Under the pieces are notes generated by a model. The model made no database searches and was not told the DNA's origin. It saw nothing but the letters and a program-made list of their open reading frames with translations. Positions 1 to 12,428 of a DNA stretch of 64,000 nucleotides are shown here, piece by piece (positions within the stretch are counted from its first letter, which is position 1; the number at the start of each line of letters is the position of its first letter). Where the stretch lies: the NCBI GenBank assembly GCA_964016885.1, contig OZ024752.1:8122001-8186000 (forward strand), read 5' to 3'. The translations under genes were made by a program, and so were the position numbers. This DNA is from Eledone cirrhosa (Eukaryota).

Positions 1-344
1 CTTATTAACTATTTTCATAATTAACAATATGTAACTATAGATGGTTAGTTTATTGACCTCATGGAATATCCATGCCATTCACAAGACCTTTGTGGTGCAA
101 CTGCACATAAAAGCAACCAATCAAATAGTCAGTATTTATACACTAAACTGAGTGGATGAGATATATTTTACCATCATGTCTACCATGTAAATAAAATATC
201 AAAATATTCTTACACAAATTAAAGTTTGTTTACTTAACCCTTTTAAGTTTGAATTCAAGAAATTAGTTACTATTTCTACACATAAATATTTACAGAACTA
301 ATCATTCCTTTGTAATACTATTTAGCATCTACATTGTCAATATG

Positions 345-495
345 GTTGGCGTTATGAAGGGCATCCAGCTGTAGAAAACCAGCCAGAAACACCCCTATAT
401 GGGCGAGACATGGTCACCTGACACAACTTACCTCAAAATAGGACCCGTTTAACCCATACTAGCGTGGAAGATGGACGCTAATCGATGATGATGAT
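345..495 (+). mobile_element. 3' fragment of RTE-tailed retroposon ending in (GAT)n
   Basis: ggttggcgttatgaagggcatccagctgtagaaaac...gcgtggaagatggacgct...gatgatgatgat matches the RTE 3' UTR at 60900-61070. Confidence 0.7.
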
Positions 496-505
496 TACTC
501 TATAT

Positions 506-655
506 CAGAGGTTCTCAAACTTTTGTCCCGTTCCCCCTCACATAATACCCTCAGTGCCCCCAATATGTATCATTTGATATTTAATACACTATCATATCTA
601 CCGCCCACCACCCCCTGGGCCGCCTCGTTGGGAGATAAAAGCTTGAGAACCACTG
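506..655. mobile_element. hAT-Charlie-like MITE
   Basis: TIRs cagaggttctcaaactttt / aaaagcttgagaaccactg; imperfect 8-bp flanks ctctatat / tactaaat. Confidence 0.6.
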
Positions 656-1240
656 TACTAAATATTTCTATTTAAAAAATGAACAATGTTGATATTAAAA
701 TCCTGTTTCGACCTGTATAATGACCTATATAGAAACTTTTAAAAACTGATCGTGATAGAGAAACAATAGGGGAACATGGTTATCATGGACTGGGTGGTGC
801 TATTTATGGCTGTGTTTCACTCCCAGACAATTTTCCTAGCACAAGTCCTTTTAGTCCTCTTTTACAACACACATGGATACGGTGTACCTAGTTTAAATAC
901 CAACATATAAATGGTTAGAAAGAATGCTTATAGCAACAACAACAAAAATGAAAGAAAAATACAGAATATTGATATTATTAAAAGCCTTTTTGACCTGATA
1001 ATGGACTATATTCAAAATTGTTATCATATCTTTAAATATTTAATCATAATAGAGAAATGATATGGCAACACTTATTAAGTCTCTCATTACCATATTCCTA
1101 AATAATGATAATACCTATGGCAACATTATCGTCATAAATGGATTTTTCTGAAATCCAGTATCGAAGAAGTCGAATGGTCATTTGAATATTCCTTTAATAG
1201 TGGAATTTTGGGAACCTACAGACCATTCTGGTTCCAAATA

Positions 1241-1276
<36 letters not shown>

Positions 1277-1318
1277 AATTCAAAATATTAACAAAATAGA
1301 TATTCTTGTGATCAAGTA

Positions 1319-1385
1319 TATTTTATTATACATATTTCAGAGGTACTGAGTTAAGTTCAACAGTACGTCCTCATCAGATAAAATA
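1319..1385 (-). ncRNA. Type I hammerhead ribozyme, canonical core
   Basis: Minus strand: UAUUUUAU CUGAUGA [GGAcGUACUG..CAGUACcUCU] GAAA UAUGUA UA / AUAAAAUA; perfect 8-bp stem I, long stem II, minimal stem III. Confidence 0.75.
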
Positions 1386-2419
1386 AGATGATGCATGACA
1401 TACCCTGACATACTAGATGGTTAAGATTCAGTCATTGTAGTGAGTAATATATGACAAAACTCAATATTTATACCTTAATATTGAGAACATGAGAAAAATA
1501 TATAATACATACAATAGAGAGGTGCGTGTAATACAGCTTAAAAAATACATGGCATCAATATAACTGTTATAAAAATTTAAATTACTGAAGAAAGAGGAAA
1601 GAAAGGAAAGCATAGAGGAAGAAACAGCTGATGGGATAATATAGTTAGTAGATGCCTCGAAAGACAAAAGAGAGATGATTAAAGAGAGAGAGAGAGAGAC
1701 AAAGGGGAATAATTTATGTTCAAGTTTATAGACAATTATCCATATATAAAATATATATCTAAACTTATTTGGTTGACCGTTAATATTCAAAATATTTAAT
1801 TTAAGTTAGTTCAGAGTAATGAATAATATTTTAGGTTTTAAAAGTTAATAGGTATCAGTATTAATATTATAGTATACTATCAAGTTTCATTTTTAAAATT
1901 CAAATTTTATGAAATCAAATTTAAAGGATTTACAAACACGAGAAAGAAAATATGTTTTTTATAACCTCACAAAGGTAAACTTTACCAAAATTATTTATAA
2001 TATTGACAACAGTTTATATATTATATTAGAAATTAGAAAGTATAAGCTTTCACTGTATTTTAGACTAAATAAATTTCTAGCCTGATAGTGGGGTTTATAA
2101 CCCTCGGAGAAATGGAAAAAGATGAGTGTTGCCTTACATGGCAAACTCGCGCACCGTTTCAAAAACATACTTACATGTTTACGTTTATATAATATAATTT
2201 ATAAAATAATTACAATTATAATTATTAAAGAATTTATGATTAACAATTTGAGTGTCTAAAGGATCAACAGGCCTTATAATTAAACTTAAAGAAGTCTGAA
2301 TTTTAAATTACATATATGTGTTAATCAAAAAATATACAAGGATTATATTGTCTAAAGACTTAAGGTGATATCTTTCAAATATACATAACTAGTATGTCAG
2401 GGTATGTCATGCATCGTCT

Positions 2420-2486
2420 TATTTTATCTAATGAGGACGTACTGTTGAACTTAATTCAGTACCTCTGAAATATGTATAATAAAATA
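2420..2486 (+). pseudogene. Hammerhead copy with core mutation (CUAAUGA)
   Basis: Inverted twin of 1319-1385; ctaatga at 2428-2434 replaces ctgatga. Confidence 0.7.
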
Positions 2487-2545
2487 TACTTGATCACAAG
2501 AATATCTATTTTGTTAATATTTTGAATTAATATGGAATTAATAAT

Positions 2546-2873
2546 GGAGGCACATGGCTTAGTGGTTAGAGCATTGGCCTTGCAATCGAAAGGTTGTGAG
2601 TTCAATTCTCAGACCGGGTGATGTGTTGTTTCCTTGAGCAAGACACTTTCACATTGCTCCAGTTTACTCAGCTGTAGAAATGAGATGATAGGGACTGGGG
2701 TCCCTATCATTCCACTGCAAAGTGGTCGTGGAGGTGCCACGGCAAAAAAGCACCCAGCACTCACTGTAAATGAGGTTGGTGTTAGGAAGGGCATTCAGCT
2801 GTAGAAATCAAGCCAGAATCAGTTCCCGTCCCACCCTTGCAAGCAGGGAAAAGCGGACGTAAAATGATGATGA
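2546..2873 (+). mobile_element. Full-length tRNA-derived SINE with RTE-type tail
   Basis: A box tggcttagtgg, B box gagttcaattc, central ccttgagcaagacacttt block, (GAT)n tail; near-identical copies at 32645-32972, 36070-36423 and 61082-61427. Confidence 0.85.
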
Positions 2874-2987
2874 ACTCTGGAAAACCAAATACTGTTGAGT
2901 GCTTCCAATCTATTGTAAAACTCATTCTTTGATTTATTCATTGAACCTTGTTTAACTTTTAAATATATATATATATTTATTAAAATA

Positions 2988-3063
2988 ACAGATTAAAGTT
3001 TAAGCAAAGAATCGCTGCTTTCACCCTTAACGGGATCTTCTGAAACTAACAAAGTCAATCTGT
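2988..3063 (-). ncRNA. Variant-core type I hammerhead-like fold (inverted copy)
   Basis: Exact reverse complement of 3937-4012. Confidence 0.55.
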
Positions 3064-3936
3064 AAACGCAGAAATGGATATTTAAAAAAACGTTGCAACC
3101 GGAGGAAGACGATACTTTGGTTCGTGGAAACGTTCGCTGGCAAAGAACAGGAAAAAACGAATAATACGTCATTAATAGGAGCGGTGAAAAACAATTACGC
3201 GCAAAGACAGAACCACGTTTATGGTATAAAAGAGGTCGTAGACTAATGTTCTCTTAGGTGGTGCATAGAGACGTTCTCTGGCAATGAACAAAAAAACGAA
3301 AATAATAAGTCATATGTGGAGCGTGGAGAACAATAGCACGCAAAGACAAAACCACGTAAATGGTATAGCAGAAGTCGTAGACTAAAATTGATCTCCGCTA
3401 CTGAGTTAAGAACAAAGTAAATAAATACAATACAGAAGTAATAGAAACAAATAAATACATACATGCAAACAGATACGTACATACACAAGCATATGCAAAA
3501 CCTTACCATAGGTATACAAAACCACGCACATATAAATATGTGTGTGTGTGTGCGCTTGTGTACAAATAAATAAATAAATAATTATATCAACGTATATAAG
3601 TAAATAAATACGTATATAATAAGCTATACCATTTACGTGGTTTTGTCTTTGCGTGCTATTGTTCTCCACGCTCCACATATGACTTATTATCTTCGTTTTT
3701 TCGTTCATTGCCAGAGAATGTCTCTATGCACCACCTAAGAGAACATTAGTCTACGACCTCTTTTATACCATAAACGTGGTTCTGTCTTTGCGCGTAATTG
3801 TTTTTCACCGCTCCTATTAATGACGTATTATTCGTTTTTTCCCGTTCTTTGCCAGCGAACGTTTCCACGAACCAAAGTATCGTCTTCCTGTCTTCCTCCG
3901 GTTGCAACGTTTTTTGAAATATCCAGTTCTGCGTTT

Positions 3937-4012
3937 ACAGATTGACTTTGTTAGTTTCAGAAGATCCCGTTAAGGGTGAAAGCAGCGATTCTTTGCTTAA
4001 ACTTTAATCTGT
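3937..4012 (+). ncRNA. Variant-core type I hammerhead-like fold (CAGAAGA)
   Basis: ACAGAUUGA-cuuuguu-AGUUU CAGAAGA uCCC-guuaa-GGGu GAAA GCAG-cgauucu-UUGC UU / AAACU UUAAUCUGU; all three stems pair. Confidence 0.55.
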
Positions 4013-4344
4013 TATTTTAATAAATATTTGCTCTACGGTTCTTATATATTTTCCTTATCGAGCCCTCTTTGGATTTTAGTCTTCAATTTTATTATTATTA
4101 CTATATATATATATATATATATCTACAAGCAACACACAAAAAACAGCAATTTCAGTTAGATTAAAAATCCTTTCAACCCTACATTGACTCTCCTCATTTG
4201 CTAACCACTTTATAACAGTGCAACAGGTGCAGTTTATTGGAGCACTAACACTAGTGAGGTTGTCATGTCCTCAGCCAGACTAAAAGAGTTCTTAACCATA
4301 TGTTTTTCTCTGATCATTTACCAACCGCTAAAGTGTGTACGACA

Positions 4345-4500
4345 CAGCGACTTGGCAGAGTCATTAGAACGTCAGATAGAATACTTTATGGTATCCATTA
4401 TGGCTCTCTGCTCTCCGAGTTCAAATTCCGCCGAAATCAACTTTGCCTTTCGTCCTTTCAAGATCGATAAAATAAGTACCAGTCTAGTACTGGGGTCAGT
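4345..4500 (+). mobile_element. tRNA-derived SINE, second family
   Basis: B box gagttcaaattcc followed by ctttgcctttcgtcctttc..gataaaataagtaccag; other copies near 29930, 30600, 38950-39590, 45385, 48770, 52700 and 54840-55310. Confidence 0.75.
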
Positions 4501-4939
4501 TCTTCTTCTATATCTCTTTCTCATCTCCTCTCTCTCTCACTTTCTATCTTACTCTAGAAGAAATCTGCTGTATTCAGGCCTGGAGAGGAGTGGGCTCCGC
4601 CAGGCTTAAAATGCCCAAGAAATACCGTAGGTCAATATGACACCCCTATGACTCTTATCAGAAGTTATGGGACCATACATACAAAGAGTGTACAAGATGC
4701 AGTCATTCATGGCACCAATACTACTCAGGTTTGCTTTCTGCCACACAAAGTTAAAGTGACATCACTATTTAAGCCATCATTTTTAAAAAATCACAAATCA
4801 TTCAGAAGCTGCAATTGTTATGAGAGGGTGACAAAGAACTTTCACCAATATCATGTTTATTCCGAGTAAAAACTGAAAACTGAATAAGCCAGAAGAGAAC
4901 ATAATAAAGCAGTAGACAGGTGAGATTTTCACGTTAATT

Positions 4940-5432
4940 AAGGATGTATTGGATATCCTAGATGGGAGTGATAGTTATGGTAGGTTATAGTTGATATGTC
5001 AGGAGAGTATCTTCATGATATTCTAGATGGGAATATGATATGACATGATGTCAGGAGAATATATCCATGATATCCTAGATGGGAGTCATCATCATCATCG
5101 TTTAACGTCTATCTTCCACGATAGCATGGGTTTAGACGGGAATTGTCCCACGTAAGGCAAGATTGGTTGTCTTGCTCGTATGGCACTGTCTGGCAGCCCT
5201 TCCTAACGCCAACCACGTTTACAGTGTGGACTGGGAGGTTTTTACTGTGTTACCTACATGGCATGATAGTAGTTACCTACACGGAGTGATAGTAGTTATT
5301 CTAGGTCAAATTTGATATGATATCAGGAGAGTATCTTCATGATATTCTAGATGGGAGTGATATATGATATCAGGAGAGTATTTCCATGATATTCTAGATG
5401 GGAGTGATATATATCAGGAGAGTATTTCCATG
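4940..5432. repeat. Degenerate ~50-60 bp tandem repeat interrupted by an RTE-tail insert (5087-5280, minus strand)
   Basis: Recurrent caggagagtatcttcatgatattctagatgggagtgat units. Confidence 0.7.
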
Positions 5433-5873
5433 AAAAACAAAAGCACTTTAAAGACATTGAAACATTCTAAGTTTCAATTGATGTCTGCTGCTGCTGCTAC
5501 TACTACTACTCTCTCTCCCCCTCAATCCCTTCACTACACTATTGTAAAGAATCTAAATACGGATGCCGGCATGTAAACCTTATTTCAAATGTATTACAGT
5601 TTCTTTGTTATTTATGAAAAGAGGGGAAATATTTTAGACACAATTTGATCACACACAGGCATGCATTCTTATTGGAAAAAATGTGATTAAGTCATGCGAT
5701 TTGGACTGGGTGATGTTCAATAGTATAGCATGATAATGCTGCTTTTTAACACATTTTAACCCTTTATTCTAACATTCCTACTTTGATCAGGATCTTCAAT
5801 ACTCTTCAATTTAATCCCTAAAAATGATTTTGCTTTACACATGTGTCATCTTACATATATTATCATCTCTTTT

Positions 5874-8800
5874 ACACACTAACACAGGTTTAATACAACC
5901 TTCCAACACACTGACACAGGTTTAATACAACCTTTCAACACACTGACACAGGTTTGATATGACCTTTCAACACACTGACACAGGTTTGATACGACTTTCA
6001 ACACACTGACACAGGTTTAATATGACCTTTCAACACACTGACACAGGTTTGATATGACCTTTCAACACTGACACAGGTTTAATACAACCTTCCAACACAC
6101 TGACACAGGTTTGATATGACTTTCAACAAACTGACACAGGTTTGATACAACTTTCAACACACTGACACAGGTTTGATACGACTTTCAACACACTGACACA
6201 GGTTTGATACGACTTTCAACAAACTGACACAGGTTTAATATGACCTTTCAACACTGACACAGGTTTGATATGACCTTTAACAACTGACACAGGTTTAATA
6301 CAACCTTCCAACACACTGACACAGGTTTGATACGACTTTCAACAAACTGACACAGGTTTGATACGACTTTCAACACACTGACACATGTTTAATACAACTT
6401 TCAACACACTGACACAGGTTTAATACAACTTTCAACACACTGACACAGGTTTGATACGACTTTCAACACACTGACACAGGTTTGATACGACTTTCAACAC
6501 ATTGACACAGGTTTGATATGACCTTTCAACACACTGACACAGGTTTGATATGACTTTCAACACATTGACACAGGTTTGATACGACTTTCAACACACTGAC
6601 ACAGGTTTGATATGACCTTTCAACACACTGACACAGGTTTGATACAACCTTCCAACACACTGACACAGGTTTGATACAACCTTTCAACACACAGACACAG
6701 GTTTGATACAACTTTCAACACACTGACACAGGTTTGATACGACTTTCAACACACTGACACAGGTTTGATACAACCTTCCAACACACTGACACAGGTTTGA
6801 TACGACTTTCAACACACTGACACAGGTTTGATACAACCTTCCAACACACTGACACAGGTTTGATACAACCTTCCAACACACTGACACTGGTTTGATACAA
6901 CCTTCCAACACACTGACACAGGTTTGATACAACCTTTCAACACACTGACACAGGTTTGATACGACTTTCAACACACTGACACAGGTTTGATACAACCTTC
7001 CAACACACTGACACAGGTTTGATATGACCTTTCAACACACTGACACAGGTTTGATATGACCTTTCAACACACTGACACAGGTTTGATACAACTTTCAACA
7101 CACTGACACAGGTTTGATACAACCTTTCAACACACTGACACAGGTTTGATACAACCTTCCAACACACTGACACAGGTTTGATATGACCTTTCAACACACT
7201 GACACAGGTTTGATATGACCTTTCAACACACTGACACAGGTTTGATATGACTTTCCAACACACTGACACAGGTTTGATATGACCTTTCAACACACTGACA
7301 CAGGTTTGATATGACCTTCCAACACACTGACACAGGTTTGATACGACTTTCAACACACTGACACAGGTTTGATACAACTTTCAACACAGACACAGGTTTG
7401 ATACAACCTTCCAACACACTGACACAGGTTTGATACAACCTTTCAACACACTGACACAGGTTTGATACAACTTTCAACACACTGACACAGGTTTGATACA
7501 ACCTTCCAACACACTGACACAGGTTTGATACGACTTTCAACACACTGACACAGGTTTGATATGACCTTTCAACACACTGACACAGGTTTAATACGACTTT
7601 CAACACACTGACACAGGTTCGATACGACTTTCAACACACTGACACAGGTTTAATACGAATTTCAACACACTGACACAGGTTTAATACGACTTTCAACACA
7701 CTGACACAGGTTCGATACGACTTTCAACACACTGACACAGGTTCGATACGACTTTCAACACACTGACACAGGTTTGATATGACCTTTCAACACTGACACA
7801 GGTTTAATACAACCTTCCAACACACTGACACAGGTTTGATATGACCTTTCAACACACTGACACAGGTTTAATACGACTTTCAACACACTGACACAGGTTC
7901 GATACGACTTTCAACACACTGACACAGGTTTGATACGACTTTCAACACACTGACACAGGTTTGATATGACCTTTCAACACACTGACACAGGTTTGATACA
8001 ACTTTCAACACACTCACACAGGTTTGATACAACCTTCCAACACACTGACACAGGTTTGATACGACTTTCAACACACTGACACAGGTTTAATACGACTTTC
8101 AACACACTGACACAGGTTTGATATGACCTTTCAACACAGACACAGGTTTGATATGACCTTTCAACACAGACACAGGTTTGATACAACCTTCCAACACACT
8201 GACACAGGTTTGATACGACTTTCAACAAACTGACACAGGTTTGATACGACTTTCAACACACTGACACAGGTTTGATACGACTTTCAACACACTGACACAG
8301 GTTTAATACGACTTTCAACACACTGACACAGGTTTGATATGACCTTTCAACACAGACACAGGTTTGATACAACCTTCCAACACACTGACACAGGTTTGAT
8401 ATGACCTTCCAACACACTGACACAGGTTTGATACAACTTTCAACACACTGACACAGGTTTGATACAACTTTCAACACACTGACACAGGTTTGATACAACT
8501 TTCAACACACTGACACAGGTTTGATACAACCTTCCAACACACTGACACAGGTTTGATACAACCTTCCAACACACTGACACAGGTTTGATACAACTTTCAA
8601 CACACTGACACAGGTTTGATACAACTTTCAACACACTGACACAGGTTTGATACAACTTTCAACACACTGACACAGGTTTGATATGACCTTTCAACACACT
8701 GACACAGGTTTGATATGACCTTCCAACACACTGACACAGGTTTGATACAACTTTCAACACACTGACACAGGTTTGATATGACCTTTCAACACACTGACAC

Positions 8801-11314
8801 AGGTTTGATATGACCTTTCAACACACTGACACAGGTTTGATATGACCTTCCAACACACTGACACAGGTTTGATACAACTTTCAACACACTGACACAGGTT
8901 TGATACAACTTTCAACACACTGACACAGGTTTGATATGACCTTTCAACACACTGACACAGGTTTGATATGACCTTCCAACACACTGACACAGGTTTGATA
9001 CAACTTTCAACACACTGACACAGGTTTGATATGACCTTTCAACACACTGACACAGGTTTGATATGACCTTCCAACACACTGACACAGGTTTGATACAACT
9101 TTCAACACACTGACACAGGTTTGATACAACTTTCAACACACTGACACAGGTTTGATATGACCTTTCAACACACTGACACAGGTTTGATATGACCTTTCAA
9201 CACACTGACTCAGGTTTGATATGACCTTCCAACACACTGACACAGGTTTGATACAACTTTCAACACACTGACACAGGTTTAATACAACCTCCCAACACAC
9301 TGACACAGGTTTGATATGACCTTTCAACACACTGACACAGGTTTGATACAACTTTCAACACACTGACACAGGTTTAATACAACTTTCAACACACTGACAC
9401 GGGTTTGATACAACCTTTCAACACACTGACAGGTTTAATATGACCTTCCAACACACTGACACAGGTTTGATATGACTTTCAACACACTGACACAGGTTTG
9501 ATATGACCTTTCAACACACTGACACAGGTTTGATACAACCTTCCAACACACCGACACAGGTTTGATACAACCTTCCAACACACTGACACAGGTTTGATAC
9601 GACTTTCAACACACTGACACAGGTTTGATACGACTTTCAACACACTGACACAGGTTTAATACGACTTTCAACACACTGACACAGGTTTAATACAACCTTC
9701 CAACACAGGTTTAATATGACCTTCCAACACTGACACAGGTTTGATACAACTTTCAACACACTGACACAGGTTTAATACGACTTTCAACACACTAACACAG
9801 GTTTGATACAACCTTCCAACACACTGACACAGGTTTGATACGATTTTCAACACACTGACACAGGTTTGATACGACTTTCAACACACTGACACAGGTTTGA
9901 TACGACTTTCAACACACTGACACAGGTTTGATATGACCTTTCAACACACAGACACAGGTTTGATACGACTTTCAACACACTGACACAGGTTTGATACGAC
10001 TTTCAACACACTGACACAGGTTTGATACGACTTTCAACACACTGACACAGGTTTGATACGACTTTCAACACACAGACACAGGTTTGATACAACCTTTCAA
10101 CACACTGACACAGGTTTGATACGACTTTCAACACACTGACACAGGTTTGATACGACTTTCAACACACTGACACAGGTTTAATACGAATTTCAACACACTG
10201 ACACGGGTTTGATACGACTTTCAACACACTAACACAGGTTTAATACGACTTTCAACACACTGACACGGGTTTAATACGACTTTCAACACACTAACAGAGG
10301 TTTAATACGACTTTCAACACACTAACACAGGTTTAATACGACTTTCAGCACACTAACACAGGTTTAATACGACTTTCAACACACTAACACAGGTTTGATA
10401 CAACTTTCAACACACTGACACAGGTTTGATACGACTTTCAACACACTGACACAGGTTTAATACGAATTTCAACACACTGACACGGGTTTGATACGACTTT
10501 CAACACACTAACACAGGTTTAATACGACTTTCAACACACTGACACGGGTTTAATACGACTTTCAACACACTAACACAGGTTTAATACGACTTTCAACACA
10601 CTAACACAGGTTTAATACGACTTTCAACACACTAACACAGGTTTAATACGACTTTCAACACACTGACACGGGTTTGATACGACTTTCAACACACTAACAC
10701 AGGTTTGATACAACTTTCAACACACTGACACAGGTTTGATACAACTTTCAACACACTGACACAGGTTTGATATGACCTTTCAACACACTGACACAGGTTT
10801 GATACAACTTTCAACACACTGACACAGGTTTGATACAACCTTCCAACACACTGACACAGGTTTGATATGACCTTTCAACACAGACACAGGTTTGATACAA
10901 CCTTTCAACACACTAACACAGGTTTGATACGACTTTCAACACACTGACACAGGTTTGATACGACTTTCAACACACTAACACAGGTTTGATATGACTTTCC
11001 AACACACTGACACAGGTTTGATACGACTTTCAACACACTGACACAGGTTTGATACGACTTTCAACACACTGACACAGGTTTGATACGACTTCCAACACAC
11101 TAACACAGGTTTGATATGACTTTCCAACACACTGACACAGGTTTGATATGACCTTTCAACACACTGACACAGGTTTGATATGACCTTTCAACACAGACAC
11201 AGGTTTAATACAAGCTTCCAACACACTGACACAGGTTTGATATGACCTTTCAACACACTGACACAGGTTTGATATGACCTTTCAACACACTGACACAGGT
11301 TTGATACAACCTTC
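5874..11314. repeat. 31/32-bp minisatellite, ~170 copies
   Basis: Unit caacacactgacacaggtttgatacgacttt with variants; the overlapping ORFs are repeat read-through. Confidence 0.97.
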
Positions 11315-11724
11315 TGCAGCAGAAATTCATTGGTTGTATACTCTTCGTTGTTTTTAACTAAGACACTTGCTCAAATGATCTTCCTCGACCAAACCATTGA
11401 GATGTGGAATATAAACACCAGTTGCACACACACATACAGACAGGCTTCCACATAGCTTACATCTGCCAATTTGTAAAATAATTCCATCCAATTTTAGACT
11501 GGTGTATTTAACCATTTTTGTACCATATTTCTAAATAAAGACATTGCCTATAACTTTCAATTAATTTTGAAAATAATTAAGAATTTAGAGAGATTTAGTA
11601 ATATAACTTTCTCGTTAGTAATCTGGTGTTTGGAGCACAACTTTACAAGTTTTTATCTAAAATTATGATGACAGTTTTTAGATAATACAAATAAATAAAC
11701 AAATCGACAAGATCTCAGACATCA

Positions 11725-11890
11725 TTCACTTACCATTGCTGGTACTATCTACTGGTCTCAACTGGTAGAAGGAGCAACGTGAAATAAAGTGTCTTGCTCA
11801 AGGACACAACACATTGCTCCATCCAGAAATTGAACTCACAACCTCACCATTGTGAATCTAATTCCCTAACCACTAAGCCACGTGCCTTCA
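11725..11890 (-). mobile_element. tRNA-derived SINE
   Basis: Minus-strand A box (tggcttagtgg) and B box (gagttcaattt); flanking direct repeat tttttagataat. Confidence 0.75.
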
Positions 11891-11921
11891 TTAGATTTTT
11901 AGATAATTAGGATTATTTTAA

Positions 11922-12428
11922 CCCTTTAGCATTTAAACTGGCCATATCCGGCCAGAATTCTCTCCTCTTTCTGTTAAAACCAGCTGTAACCGGCTGCTCA
12001 TACTAATGTTAAGGTATCATTCTCAAAATAAATAATATCAAAATCTCATAGATTCGATGTATGTGAGGTAAAGCCTTTACCGTGAAAATATAATAGTAAA
12101 TATAGAGTAATTATCATTATCATCATTTTACGTCCACTTTTCCCTGCTTGCAAGGGTGGGACGGGTCCTATTCAGCACAACATCTCTCCACTTGTCACGG
12201 TCCTTTGTCATCTCCCCCGTGAGCTTCAGCGATCTGAGGTCTGCTCTCACCACCTCTGCCCATGTTTTTCATGGTCTTCCTCTACTGCGTCTTCCTTCAA
12301 CTGGCATTTCTTGGCACTTCTTTACCCAGCGGTCATCCTTCATGCGCATCACATGTCCATACCATCTCAGTCTTCTCTCCCACACACAACAACTTATCCC
12401 TCTTAAACACAATGTAAATGCTAAAGGG
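11922..12428. mobile_element. piggyBac-type MITE interrupted by an RTE fragment
   Basis: TTAA-CCCTTTAGCATTTA ... TAAATGCTAAAGGG-TTAA. Confidence 0.8.
12112..12410 (-). mobile_element. 5'-truncated RTE-clade LINE (ORF C-terminus and tail)
   Basis: Translation ERRLRWYGHVMRMKDDRWVKKCQEMPVEGRRSRGRP; (GAT)n tail. Confidence 0.85.

Larger units (their letters stand above)
1272..2962 (+). mobile_element. (TA)n-embedded element A with 145-bp inverted arms and a 3' tail (Penelope-like remnant), interrupted by a SINE
   Basis: 1272-1416 is the near-perfect reverse complement of 2389-2533; TA tracts at 1249-1274 and 2962-2976; both arms contain a hammerhead fold. Confidence 0.7.
2973..4101 (+). mobile_element. 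(TA)n-embedded element B with ~400-bp inverted arms and a 74-nt tail (Penelope-like remnant)
   Basis: 2973-3369 is the reverse complement of 3623-4027 with few differences; tail 4028-4101 is on one arm only; TA tracts on both sides. Confidence 0.75.

Noticed and set aside
686-1075. Diverged ~290-bp-period duplication (686-785 vs 967-1075)
   Set aside because: Real but highly degenerate, with no interpretable structure.
2546-2630. tRNA gene
   Set aside because: A and B boxes are present but run into a SINE body repeated four times in the window; no full cloverleaf.
6526-9853. Cys-rich ORFs (VVSNLCQCV...)
   Set aside because: Translations of the 31/32-bp minisatellite with constant frame switching.
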